This document shows positions 1 to 12,900 of a stretch of 64,000 bases of DNA, one piece after another; the first letter of the stretch is position 1, and every line of letters starts with the position of its first letter. A program made the translations under genes and the position numbers. This DNA is from Camelus ferus (Eukaryota): assembly GCF_009834535.1 (NCBI RefSeq), contig NC_045697.1:41108001-41172000 (forward strand), given 5' to 3'. The notes under the pieces are model-generated. The model did not search any database and was not told the origin of the DNA. It saw only the letters and a list, made by a program, of their open reading frames with translations.

Positions 1-731
1 TATCTTCATTAAAAAAAAAAAAAACCACAAGGCAAATTATTTTCCCTACATTTTGCTATTCAGAATAAAATTCCTAATCTTTTCATTTTCACTGATATTT
101 AACAGTTTGAGAACAACAGACTGTTTCATTTTGTCTTACTTAAATGATCATGGGAGATATGAATGTGAAGAGCAAGATAGCACTGTTTTTTTTTTAAACA
201 AATTCTTCAAGAGACAATGATTTTAATTACATATTATGTACAGTAAGATATTCTAACATTTTAAGTATGATTTATATTGATTTAGGTTTTAAGTAAGATT
301 TGTCAATTTATCAATTTGTATAACAGAAATATATTTCCCAACTATAGGAAATAATAACAAGAATATAAGCTTTTCCATTTCAAAAATAGATTTTCTTTTG
401 TGCTTCAATATTTCTATCCCTAAACAACAATGACTATCTTACACAAGCCTAAAGACTATATAGAGTAAAATGCAATACTGCATAAGGGGCTTTGAGCACA
501 TGGTTAATAAAACCCAGTAAAATACATATGTTTGAGGTATTACTTCTTCTTCATGATGGCGTATGTGGTTTTGAATGTTTTCTAAAAAACAATTTTATGT
601 AGTAGGAAAATTAAGTCATTTATACATACTTTATAAATAAAATAAATTCTGAGATCACAACGCATTATTAAAAAATTGGACTCCATGTTATTTCTAGTCA
701 AATACTTGTTTAGCCTATAACTTGTACTCAC

Positions 732-947
732 TTCAAGATCTTGACTGATTAATCCTAGAACCACATCTATGCATATCAGGGTCCCGGAACGTCCAATGCC
801 AGCGCTGCAGTGTGTGATGATGGGGCCCGATCTGTGAATGTGTCTCATGTAAGAGATAAAAGTGAGCAGGTCGTCTGGCTGAGAAGGTGTATCGTGGTCT
901 GGCCAGGCAGTGAAGTTCAGATGAGAAATATGTCGCACCTCTCCTGT
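732..947 (-). CDS. PTPN13: PTPN13 exon, PTP catalytic core (WPD loop, [10 protein letters not shown]), 216 nt
   Basis: tttcag|ACA acceptor, GAA|gtgagt donor. Confidence 0.97.
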
Positions 948-3900
948 CTGAAATTATGTGACAGAACAAGTAGATAAAGGCATATTATGTTGTCCACATA
1001 TAACTGCCTCTTAATATTATTTTATCCTTTTAAATTCTGACTTGTCCATTGGACAAGTAGAAGAGACAAGAAGACTCCATCAAACAGCACACAGAGGGCC
1101 TTTATCAAGGAGGCTGCTAGGTCCACACTTTAAATATTGGTAAAAACTACTTTTTGGAAACTCTAAAAACAAACTACAGTTTGATATGAACAACCACCTT
1201 TTTGTAATGATCCCATTTCAAATTCACCTCAGATAAAAGCCCCAATCATTGCAGTGGCTTGTAAGCCACACACGATGTGGCCAGGCTACCTCTCAGACCT
1301 ACTGTCTTCGTCCTGGCCATGTCACTCCAGCTGTAGGGACCTTGAAAAATACGGGGCACAGTTCAGTCTCAGGGCCTTTGCACTTGCTCTTTTGGACTGA
1401 AATGCTCCCCTCCCCCTCAGATATCCCTGTGGCTCACTCAAGTCCTTCGTGGTTCTTCCACAGCATCATCAACAGCAGTATCTTCTCATTAGGAAGTAAG
1501 CTCTCTGAGGTCAGGGATTTCCTTTTATTTGTGTCGTTAACTGCTGAACCCCTCGATTCCATAATAGGGCCTAAGCTCTATAAACATGTGTTGATTAAAT
1601 AAACAAATCCTTTAAGGAATACTGAACCACTGTGCTGGCATCGGCAATGGGTAGGCTGGTACAAAGGAATGACGAGACGTAATCTTGAGTTCTTTGTAAA
1701 ATCACAAATCAAAAATGATAAAGGAAATTCTCAGGCTATGTTGACATGCCACCAGTAAAACTGAGTCAGAATGCTTTGTTTCTATGTAAGTAAAATTATT
1801 CTGTTTCTTTAAGAAAGCTAAAACTCCAATAGGGAACACGTTACTCACACAGAGCTAGTGTTACTGGGCGGGGGAGGAAGTAAGGTGAGGGGTGTGGAGA
1901 TGCGGAGACGGCAGCAGCTTCACCCTCTCATCTAATTCAGGCTACATGTACTCAGTGCTTAGGGGCTGCAATAGGAATTGCAACAAACATTTATGCTACA
2001 ATTGTCCACGTATTAACAACTTATGTTGTCTTTATGGGGGGATATTTCCCACTTAGAATTAAAAAAATAAAAGTTTATTGAGTCTACTTAGAGATTTGAC
2101 CTTAAAAAGTGAGCTTCCAGCAGATGGCTTCTGAGCCATTCTGTGCCATCATTAAGCACAGGATGATGGCTGATCCTATTAAAGTCCTGTATTCTCATTT
2201 TCATTTTAATACAGTACATACTGGAGGAAACTGTTTGGCCGGATTCATCAAGAGGGTCATATCTGAGCTTATATTAGATTAAAAATAGGTGGCATTCGTT
2301 CCACTGAAATGGGAACCAGGAAGTCATTGGCTATTACTTAGAAATAAACTGATGCAATCATGGAAGGATGTGGTGCACGTACCTGAATATCTTCGAGGGT
2401 CATTGCTCTTACTACGAAGCCCTTCAGCTGCTGCATTCTCACGAGAGCCAGTCGGAGCCTGTCACTGACCATGGTCGTTCTGCCTAGGATGTTAGGCCAG
2501 TAGCGCTGGCATTTGATTTTTTCTCCTTCTACTTCTTGGGTCATCATGGCTATCACTGTGGATTTTTGTTCCCAAATCATCTGCCAGAAATCTCCAACGG
2601 TTGTTGGGAGAGGTCCTTGGCAGGCAATGTAAACGAACTCTTCTTTGCCCACTGGTACCTTAATGAAGCTGGCGTTGATATAGCCACCTTCATCTCCAAG
2701 AGGCACTCTTGTAGCATCGTCTGTGAATTTCCCACCACAAAACAGAGCCATCCATATCATGCATTTTTAAACAAGAGCCTTATAAACAAGGTGAGTCGAA
2801 GATTATGAGATTTCCTCATAATCACAGATGAAATCACAAACATTTTAATAAAGGCGTATTTTCAAATTATAGTACAGTCAAATATTTTACATTTGCTCAT
2901 TTCCCTCATGTTACAAGTATATTTAAGATGTCAGCTCAGTGAGTTCCTGAGAAAATTCAGTACTGTTCACATAGATTTGGTTGAAGAAATTAAAATTAAT
3001 AAATTAATAAAAGCATTTAGAACTTCTTAATAGAGAAACACAACTTGGCTACTTCTCCATTGTTATTTTAATAATGACAACAACAGTGAATTTAGTAAGA
3101 ATGACAATGCCAAAAATTATTCATGAAAGAAAAATTAGTATTATAGTGAAACTACTAAAGTACTTATTATAAATGTAATTGGCACAAGTAAGTCTTGCTT
3201 ATCTAATTAAATTATATTGTTTTAAATAAGTAGCCAAAATAATTAACACAATAAATAAAAAGGTAGCTCACTTTATTCTCCAGGCATTGTAATTTTATAT
3301 AGTCAAAATATAAATTTTCAAACCAGACTGCCCCAGTGAAAAGTATATATAAACCATTTTATCCAAGAGGATTAATTTGTATGTACTTATTAGAAGTCAT
3401 TTCTATTTCAAATATTTATAAATTTAATTTCTGTGATTACCAAATTATGACATTTAGTAATAGATTTCAAAATCCTCCATCAATTACCGTTCTATTACTT
3501 GACTTCTATCTCTTGGTCCACAGAAACAAATGCACTCAGTAGTTCTGGATTTATGGCTTATCCCATTCTGCCTTGAGATACTAGTCTGCCCTTTTTTTTT
3601 TTTGGCCTATATAGTTACCACCTACTTTATGTCAGACCATGACCCATTCCATTAAAAAAAATCCTGTCTAAAATTCAATTCTTAAAAGAAAGTTTTCCAA
3701 AATGAATTTTGTGTCTTCTATCTTGACTGAAAAAATTTAATTGTATTATTATTTACTGCATGATTTGTCACTATTGGTCCTGTTATCTATCTTTGAATTT
3801 ATGACTTCCTGGCAAAGATAAGGTCAGTGTGTCATATGGTGTAATCTAATAGCTAATATGTGTAAATGTGGCTGGTGATTATTATAAGAGGTTGCTAGAT

Positions 3901-6900
3901 GTTACTATTTTAGCTATATACATATATTCATATATATTTAAAAAAATCACATGTTGATTGGTGAAATGGGTAAAATATGGGTAAAAATAATTGTTATTTT
4001 TTCCTTCCGGTTCTGAAACAATTCAAAGTACAATGCAATTTGATAGTACCACTGTGGCCACATGCGTGTATACAGCTATTATGTACCACAGACATTTCTC
4101 TAAACTTTAAATGGTGGAATAAATAGACTATCACTGACACATGAACTCAGAAACTGCTTACCCAGAAGTCAACTTATATTTTTAAAAAGACTTTAAAAAT
4201 TCGTGAATGTCTGAAGAAATGCTTAAGATTCCTCTAATCAATTTTCAGAAAACACAGATAATTTTAGAAGAATTAACACTGTATATCTAAATTTATTTGT
4301 TACTGATGTAAATCTCTGAGTGTGGGGGTGTGTGTGAGTGCACACTTACGTGAGAGACATAAAAGGTCAACTAGCACATAAGTTTTAAATTATATTGAAC
4401 ATACATTTGATTTGAAGCCAAATTAGAACTTACAGGGAAGTATATTTTTATATCGGTTCTTTCTTCTGTTTTCCTTAGTCTGTCCAATTAGACACTGATC
4501 CAAAGGTTTTAATTCTTGAAGATTCTGTAAGCAAAAATGGAAATAAAACGAAATTTGTTGAGATAAGTAGTAATTCAGTAATAATTGCAAATGCTTTAAA
4601 TGTGCAGGGTGCAAAACTATTGATCAGGGCAAACTGTGAGTGTTAAATAGATATGTCCTGTCAAGATAAATAAGCCTAAAATCCCAATACTAATTCAATA
4701 TACCAGTTGTTGAAATATACTGTTGCAAATATCTTAAAAAATTTTTTCAAATTTTTAAAAAATTTGTTTGTTTGTTTGTTTTTGTGGGGGGAGGTAATTA
4801 GGTTTATTTATTTATTTAATGGAGGTGCTGAGGGTTGACGCATGCTAGGCATGCGCTCTACCACTGGGCTCTACCCTGCTCCCCCCATTGTTGCAAGTAT
4901 CTTTAACATAACATGTTGTAGCAACTAACTTTGTGAGGCAGCACTTTGTACCTTAATTTCAAACTTCAGTTTAAAGATGTCTATAATTTCATGTTAGAAA
5001 AAAAGCAGAACTTATATATAAAAAAATCTTTGGCTTAAAGTAATAAGCTGGAGCAGAATTTCCTGACCATATTGTTTCTGGGGTCACAGAATATTCCATG
5101 TAGTGGAGTTGTGGTTAGATAGTCCAAAGCCTCTAAAGTCAACACTTTCTCACTTTTCACTTGTTCATTAATCCAGCCAGCCAGCCAGCCAGCCAACTCA
5201 ACAAACATATATTGAAAGTGCCTACTATATGCAAGGCACTGTAATAAATGCTGGGAATACACCAGTGAGAAAGAAGACATGATTTGGGCTCTCCTGGAGA
5301 TTACAGCCTACTGGGAGAAACAGGCAGTAAAGAAGTAAACCACCAAATATTGCGATATATGCTTTGAAGAAATTAACAAGCTGCTGTGATTAAAAACAAA
5401 CATCTACTTAGTAAAGGGTTGTGATGCAAGGTCTCCGAGACAGTGACATTTAAACTTCAGACCTTAAAAGAAGAGGTCTCTCCTGCAAAATGGAGAGGAA
5501 GAATATAGCTTAACTATCATGAACTTGTCTCCAAATCTATAAAATGGTATTGAACATACTGAAAGCATCAAATACAAAGCATCCAGCACACTGTAGAAGT
5601 TCCCATTAGAAGTTGGTTCCTTTCACTTCAGTGGCTATAAACAGTTCAGGAAGTAGACAAGTAAGCAGATGGTTTGAGGGAGACAGGCAAGGTAGACCCC
5701 CAAACCACAGTGGTGCTACATTACTCTTTGGCCTCTTGGTATATAATGGATGGGGCCAGCAGGACCACAGGAGCAAGGCCTCTGACCCATTGCTGCTTTC
5801 AACTAGGGGGCACATTCTTGGAGCTATAATAAATTAAAAACTGTTGCTAATGATGAATCACATGTATAGTGTATTAATTATGAAGTTAGTGGATGGTTGG
5901 AATTGTTACTTGATTTTTTAAAAAAACTCTTTATCCTTACATTATGAGGATAATCTGCAGGGAGATTTATCAATTTATCCAAAGTAGTTAGAGAGATCCC
6001 TTTAAATCCATACTATTAGGATCCTAATTAGAAAAATTAATTTACTGCTAGAAATAATAAGATGGTGCTTTTATAGTTGGAAGTAAAGTTGTAAAGTAAT
6101 AGACATTTTTAAAGTTTTCAAAATTTCTCCCAACTTTGCACAAAACTTTGTTTGAGAAAGAACCATTGTCAGAAGCTCCTTACCTCCAGCTCCTTAGATG
6201 GAATTCCTTGATCTAGTAAACCCCGTAACATTCGAATGACTGATTTCAACTCAGCACCAGTGTATTTACCCGAGGGAAGCACTTTGACGATGGGGAGTGT
6301 GGCGAGCTCCTCATTTGTCAGAAAGAGAGGATCTGACAAGAAGACAGAAGTTGATTTTTTAAAAAAAATTTCCCCCAGAACTGATTTAATCAAGTAAGAG
6401 AACTAATTTCATCTATTTTTACAAAACTGAGAGTCTTTCAATTAATAAGGCAATAGAATTAATAGGTAGGCAGATAACTACAAGCAACATAGGAAAATTC
6501 TGGCCACAGCAAGGTCCCTGTACCCAACTTTTAAGGGAACATTTCACTGACTGTTCAGAGTTCTTAAGGCTCCTGCCTTTCAATTACTTATAGTTTATAA
6601 AGGAGTTTAAATTGTTTGCTTTTGCTTCTCTGAAGTCAAATGGTACTGTTTACTTGATGAAAATGTATTTAGTCCTGTTTTTACTTTGCATTTAAATTGG
6701 TTTCTGAGCACATGGAGAAAAGATGAAGGGAGATGCTCCAGAAATGCTTTACAGGGGGCACTGCAGTGGAAACAGTGATTTCTCCCCTCTCTACCACCCA
6801 TGGTACTCAGTGCCACAGTCTCTGGCATTTGATAGTTTTCTCCATGTAAATGAAATCCTAAGGGTCTGTGGGATTTTATCAAACAAGTGATATCAGTTTC

Positions 6901-9900
6901 TAAGAAGAGTTATGTGTCTAGCTAGTACCTGCTCTATCTATGGAAACTGCTGATAACAGAAGGCAACTACTATCCTGGAAAAAGTAGGAGAGACTTCTCG
7001 CTATCGTCTGCACAAGTGTAGCTTTAATTATGTCAATTGACTGATATAAGGATTTTGATGATGCAGCTACTATGCAGGCAAGAGTAATGCCCCACATTGT
7101 GTGAGATACTCAGGAAGTGTAATGGCTGGGGCAAAGCCTGGTTGTGAAAAAATCAATCACATGAAGTAACTGTAAACATTCACAGAACTGAGTGCAAATG
7201 CAACAGGAGCTGAGGCTGGAAAGATGAGCCTGGGCTACAGGATTTGACAAGAGCATCACTAACACTAATGGTCTTACCTGAATCAAAAAAGTGTTCTCTC
7301 AATGTCTCTAATATCTTTCAACAACTAAGACTTCAAATTACAAAACCATGTTCTTTCACTGCATTAGTATAACATTAAACACTGGAGAGAACTTCACTTC
7401 TCACCTGACTCAGAATAAAATGAGAGACGCAATAATTGTGAGGACAGACCAACTGACTCTTGCTCTTAAAAATGAGGTTGAGGAGGAGAGGCAAGATGGC
7501 GGAGTAGAGGGACGCTTGTAGTTCACCCTCTCCCACAAATACACCAAAACTCACATCTATGGACCCACTCAACCAACCAGAGCACCTGCTGAACTCCAAC
7601 AGAACACCACCCTCTTCGAAGGACAAAGATGCCAAAAATCTGGTAGAAGAAAAGGAAAAAAGAAATAAGAAAAAATAAAACAGTGCGGGACCGGTCCCGC
7701 ATGGAGGGAGTGGCAAAGGAGGAACAGCGCTCGTTTGCTGGGTCTCCCCTCTCCAACTGAGAGGCCAACGGGATGGAGGGGGAGCCTCTGAGGCTAAAAT
7801 CTGCCCCGAGCACCCCTTGACCAACAGAACTAAGTTAAATGGGCACAAAGGGTCCCCACGACACCCAGCCTGAGATGCGAGGCGGCAGCTGGGGCTGGGA
7901 CAGGCCGCCTGCACTGGTGGAGGACTGAGGCGGCTGCACTAAGGCAGCCCTGGGGGACTGCAGGGTTCTGTGCACCGTGGCTGGGAGGGGATACGGAGCA
8001 GAACAACCTCGGTCCCCATACATCGTGAAAAAAGCAAAGAAACAAGGCTGGTGTGCCCTGCAGGGAGGGGCGCCGTAGCCTTTGGCTCCTCAGACCCATG
8101 GCGCCATTACTGGCACATCTCGTGAGAAGAGAGGCGGGGTGCAGCCACAGCCACCATCTCCTCCTGCGCACAGAGCCCGGGCGGGGGTGGGGCCGAGACC
8201 TGAATCCTCACCCAGGGGCTCCGCAACCTCCTAGGCAGGACTGAGACTTGTTTACAGCCTGAGGCAGATAGGATCTTTCTGCCCTGGCACCTCAGAGAAC
8301 TCGCGCTGCCAAGACAAACAAGGAGCTGAGATTTGGCACAGAGCAGGGGTGGGGCCGTTCCATGGTCTTCCTGGAGCCTGCCTACGGAACGCCTACCCGA
8401 GGTGGAGCAGGCAGCTGCACAGAGCAGCAGGGCAACTGGTGCCGGGAGAGGGCAGGGTGGCCACCTGCCTTCCTGGCAGGAACACAACACCTGACCACGG
8501 TGCTGGGAGGGGGCGCGATCCACCCACCTGCCTCGCCCAAGCGCAGCATCTAAGTGCAGCATTGGGAGGGGAGGAGAGTGACCCAACTGCCCACCGGCCA
8601 CAGTGACAGAAAGATATTAGCAATATGAAGAAGCAGAGGAACCACCTCCAATTAAAAGATCAAGAGAAATCCCCTGAAAGCACGATCAAGGAAATGGACA
8701 TTGATGGCCTACTAAATCAAGATTTCAAAAAAGGACTGATCAAAGTACTGAAGGAACTAAAAGAAATAGTGTTTAGAGATATAAAATATGTCAAAAATGA
8801 AATAGAAGCTATAAAGAACGAAGTAGAATTAGTAAACTCATTTGTTGAGATGAGAGCTGACCTAAAGGCTGTGCAAAGCAGACTAGATAATGCAGAGGAA
8901 CGAATAAGTGACCTAGAAGACAGGACAACAGAAAGCACCCAATCAGAACAGCTGAGAGAAAAACAAATAAAAACAATGAAAACAGTATAAGGGACCTAAG
9001 GGATAATATAAAGCGTGCCAATCTACGCATAATAGGGGTTCCAGAAGGGGAAGAAAGAACAAAGGGGATTGAAAAGGTATTGGAAGAAATCATGATTGAA
9101 AACTTCCCAAACCTAAAGAAGGAATCAGATATCCAAGTACAGGAGGCTCAGAGGGTCCCAACAGGAAGAACCTAGACAGATCCACACCAACATATCATAA
9201 TCAAGACTGGCCAGAGTCAAGGATAAAGAAATGATCCTAAAGGCAGCAAGAGAAAAACAGAGAGTGAGTTACAAGGGAACCCCCATAAGGCTCTCAGCTG
9301 ATTTCTCTACACAAACTCTACAGGCCAGAAGGGACTGGCAAGATACATTCAAAGTCCTGAATGAAAACAAGATGCAGCCTAGGATACTCTATCCAGCAAG
9401 GCTATCCTTTAGAATAGAAGGAGAGATAAAGAACTTTACAGACAAGCAAAAACTAAAAGAGTTTAGCAACACTAAACCCATGCTAAAAGAAATACTGGCA
9501 GGTCTACTCTAAATACAAAAGAAGCAGGATGCTACAAAAATGAGAAACTCATAACTGGAAAGGAGATAACTGCCATGAATTACAAATAGAATAAACACAA
9601 AATTGTAAAAGAAGACATCTAAATCATTAAGAGTGGGAGAGGGAAGCAAAGAAAGCCACTGTGGAAAACAGTATGGAGATTCCTCAAAAGACTAGGAATA
9701 GACTTACCATATGACCCAGGAATCCTGCTCCTGGGCATATATCCAGAAGGAACCCTACTTCAAAATGACACCTGCACCCTCAATGTTCATAGCAGCACTA
9801 TTTACAATAGCCAAGACATGGAAACAGCCTAAATGTCCATCAACAGATGACTGGATAAAGAAGATGTGGTATATTTATACGATGGAATACTACTCAGCCA

Positions 9901-12900
9901 TAAAAACCAACAACATAACACCATTTGCAGCAACATGGATGTTCCTGGAGAATGTCATTCTAAGTGAAGTAAGCCAGAAAGAGAAAGAAAAATACCATAT
10001 GAGATCGCTGATATGTGGAATCTAAAAAAACAAAATAAAACATAAATACAAAACAGAAACAGACTCACAGACATAGAATACAAACTTGTGGTTGCCAAGG
10101 GGGCTGAGGGTGGGAAGGGACAGACTGGGATTTCAAAATGTAGAATAGATAAACAAGATTATACTGTATAGCACAGGGAAATATACACAAGATCTTGTGG
10201 TAGCTCACAGCGAAAAAAACAATGTGACAATGAAATATATGTATGTTCATGTATAACTGAAAAACTGTGCTGTACACTGGAATTTGACACAACATTGTAA
10301 AATGACTATTACTCAATAAAAAAAATGTAAAAAAATGAGGTTGAGATTCAAAAGTAATAATTTCTTATCTTTGAGGTAGTCTCCTTATTTTACTACAAGT
10401 AAAATGTGCTCCTTGACTTCTTATTCTAAGATGGCAAAATTGTGTCTTTGTGTTTCCATTCAAAGCATTTATATGTTTATTTACATGTTTTGCTCCAAGC
10501 CACTGAGAATTTTAGCCTAGAACTCTGCAAAACCTGGTTGTATATGTGAGTGTTGATAGTCTGTCTACGTGATTCTTTATGTATAGAAGCTAATAATGTA
10601 GACCTAGGGTGAAATAACATATCCAAATATTTTGAAAACTTCTAATTCTGAAACACTTATTTTTTCTATCCACTGTTTTTGATTAAAAAGTTGCTAACAA
10701 TACTCTTGCCTTTATTGGAGTCTTCATGGTTTGTTGTTTCTATTGGCAATTCATCGCTTCCCCATGTTATGTCATCATCATCAGTCTTCTTTTCTTCTGA
10801 CTTTTGAACTAAGCTATGACAATAAAACATATTTATAATATTTTCTTCAGTTTTGTCTCCAAAATAAATTTAAATATTATGTATTTGAACTACATATGTT
10901 CACTACAGTTAAGGTATTTAAAAATAGATTACCTGATTGAAAAAACTCACATCCTCAATTGTTAAAATTTATTGGTAGATATAAATTAAACTGAGGTACA
11001 GAATTGTTTATTGTGGTTTAAATTTTGCCCTCAAACAAATCCCAAGTCTTTGAACCTTAGATTGAAGGAGTCCTCTTGGGGATGGAGAACATAGTGCTTT
11101 GCTTCCAACCTTCCACGTGGATAAGTAATTACAATTGTGTCAGATGGCTCTCTTTTGTTTTCTTTTAACAGCTGTCTACTATTGTTCTGTATGAAAGATT
11201 CTTAATTTAATTACAGAAATCCCTACTGATGGATATCAGTCTTTTGCTACAGTCAGGGCCTGGAAGGACATTCCTATATCTGGGACCTAACAATGTAATA
11301 AAATTCAGTACAAGTTCTCATTATTCTAGAGGTGCACAGCAGACGCCATCTCCTTGGTAGGGTGGTGGCTGGAAGAGAGAAACTAAGTAGGGGAGTAGTA
11401 TTTAGTGATAAGACGAGATGAAAAAGGATCCCGCAGAGGCCTGAATACATTCTTTCACTTTCTGATATCCAGAGGCACAAAGCAAAGGACATTTGTCTGA
11501 TGACACTGGTACACATCATTAAAGCACGACATGCACTAATGCTCCCAAAACATCATAACAGGACAGCAATTATGCTACTTTCATGGCGGAGGTTTTCCTC
11601 TACACCAACTAATTGAGCACCATAATTAAAATGTACTTTGCAAGTTCTCTATCCATGAGGTCTGTCTGGTCTTCCCGTAAGCACACTTTGTCTGCAAGGA
11701 TATGTTTTGGACCTCCTTCCATTAGCCATTTCCTTCTTTCTCATTCTTTTGAACAGCTGTTTAGTATTTCATTGTATAAGTACACTCTACTTTGTGAATA
11801 TTACAGTTTTTTACTACTGTAAACAATGTTGCAATGAATATTCTTATAGAAAAGCCTTTGCATAAATATGGTAGTGGGACCAATTCTCAGAATTAAAAAA
11901 ACCGCTAGGTTCAAGGGTATGTACCACAGTTCTTTGAGTCTATGGCACACATCATTGTAAGACCCACTATTACTTTATGTTAAGAAAGAAATAATATTGA
12001 TTATTGTAATTGTATGAACTTTCATGATTTCAGAAATGTTAAAATTTTAAAAAAGTGTATCCAAGAATTAGTAACAGGCAAATATATTTTACATGTTAAT
12101 TGGGTTTTCAATCACCACCCAAAGAAATTACTCTAACTTACCTCTCCTTCCTCCTCTCCTCCCCCTGCCCAACAGGGAAGAGTCTGTATCTTATAATTAT
12201 TGGCAGCTGGCCCAGATATTTGCTAATCTTTTAAGTATAAAACTATGCATTTCTGCATTAATAATATGTATCCCCGAGTCTATCTTTACTTAGAAAAATT
12301 TACTGTTGATTTGCTTTTCTAGGAAAATGCAAATAGCTCCCTTTGACTGGTTGGTTATCATTTAATATGAAGCAAAATTTATGTATAACCACTTTGTTGG
12401 CCAACAATATATAAGTTTTCCTGATACATCATTTAGTGTCACAAAAAAATCATTTTACATTAGAAACTGTTTTCAAAAAGAAAAACATTTGTGGGAGTTA
12501 GAATGTTTCTTACCTTCTTTGGTTTTATTTTCTTATTAAAGAATAAAATTTGTGAAGTATAGAAAAATAGAGAAACAGAAAAATACATTACCTATAATCA
12601 TACCGGGAGAAGATACTATCATCATTGTTGGCACATTTCCTTTTAGACTTTTCCTCTATTTTTTTCCAGTGGTCAAGAGCAGACTGCTTTTTTTCAGCAA
12701 TGTTATAACAAATACATTGTCACATGTCACTAGAACCTCCTTGTAACAACATGCTTAAAACATTCTTCATATTCAACCATAGTTCCATATTTTACTCAAG
12801 AAGTCTCATTTTATTGGAAAAGAACATATTAATTTTAAAATCAGTATCTAAATGAAAATTTTCAGAGGACTTCTAAAAAAAGAATGAAATTGCTATAAGT

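Larger units (their letters stand above)
7483..10330 (+). mobile_element. Young L1 with intact ends but internal loss of nearly all ORF2 (5'UTR, ORF1, spacer, ORF2 C-terminal stub, 3'UTR, A tail)
   Basis: Perfect 15-bp TSD aaaaatgaggttgag (7468-7482 and 10331-10345); TT|AAAA target; CpG-rich 5'UTR; AATAAA at 10315-10320. Confidence 0.93.

Noticed and set aside
7375..8623. Many overlapping 60-180 aa ORFs on both strands, a possible ORF0-like product
   Set aside because: They lie in the GC-rich L1 5'UTR where stops are rare; the longest (7375..7914) starts at GTG with no internal Met; no recognisable domain.
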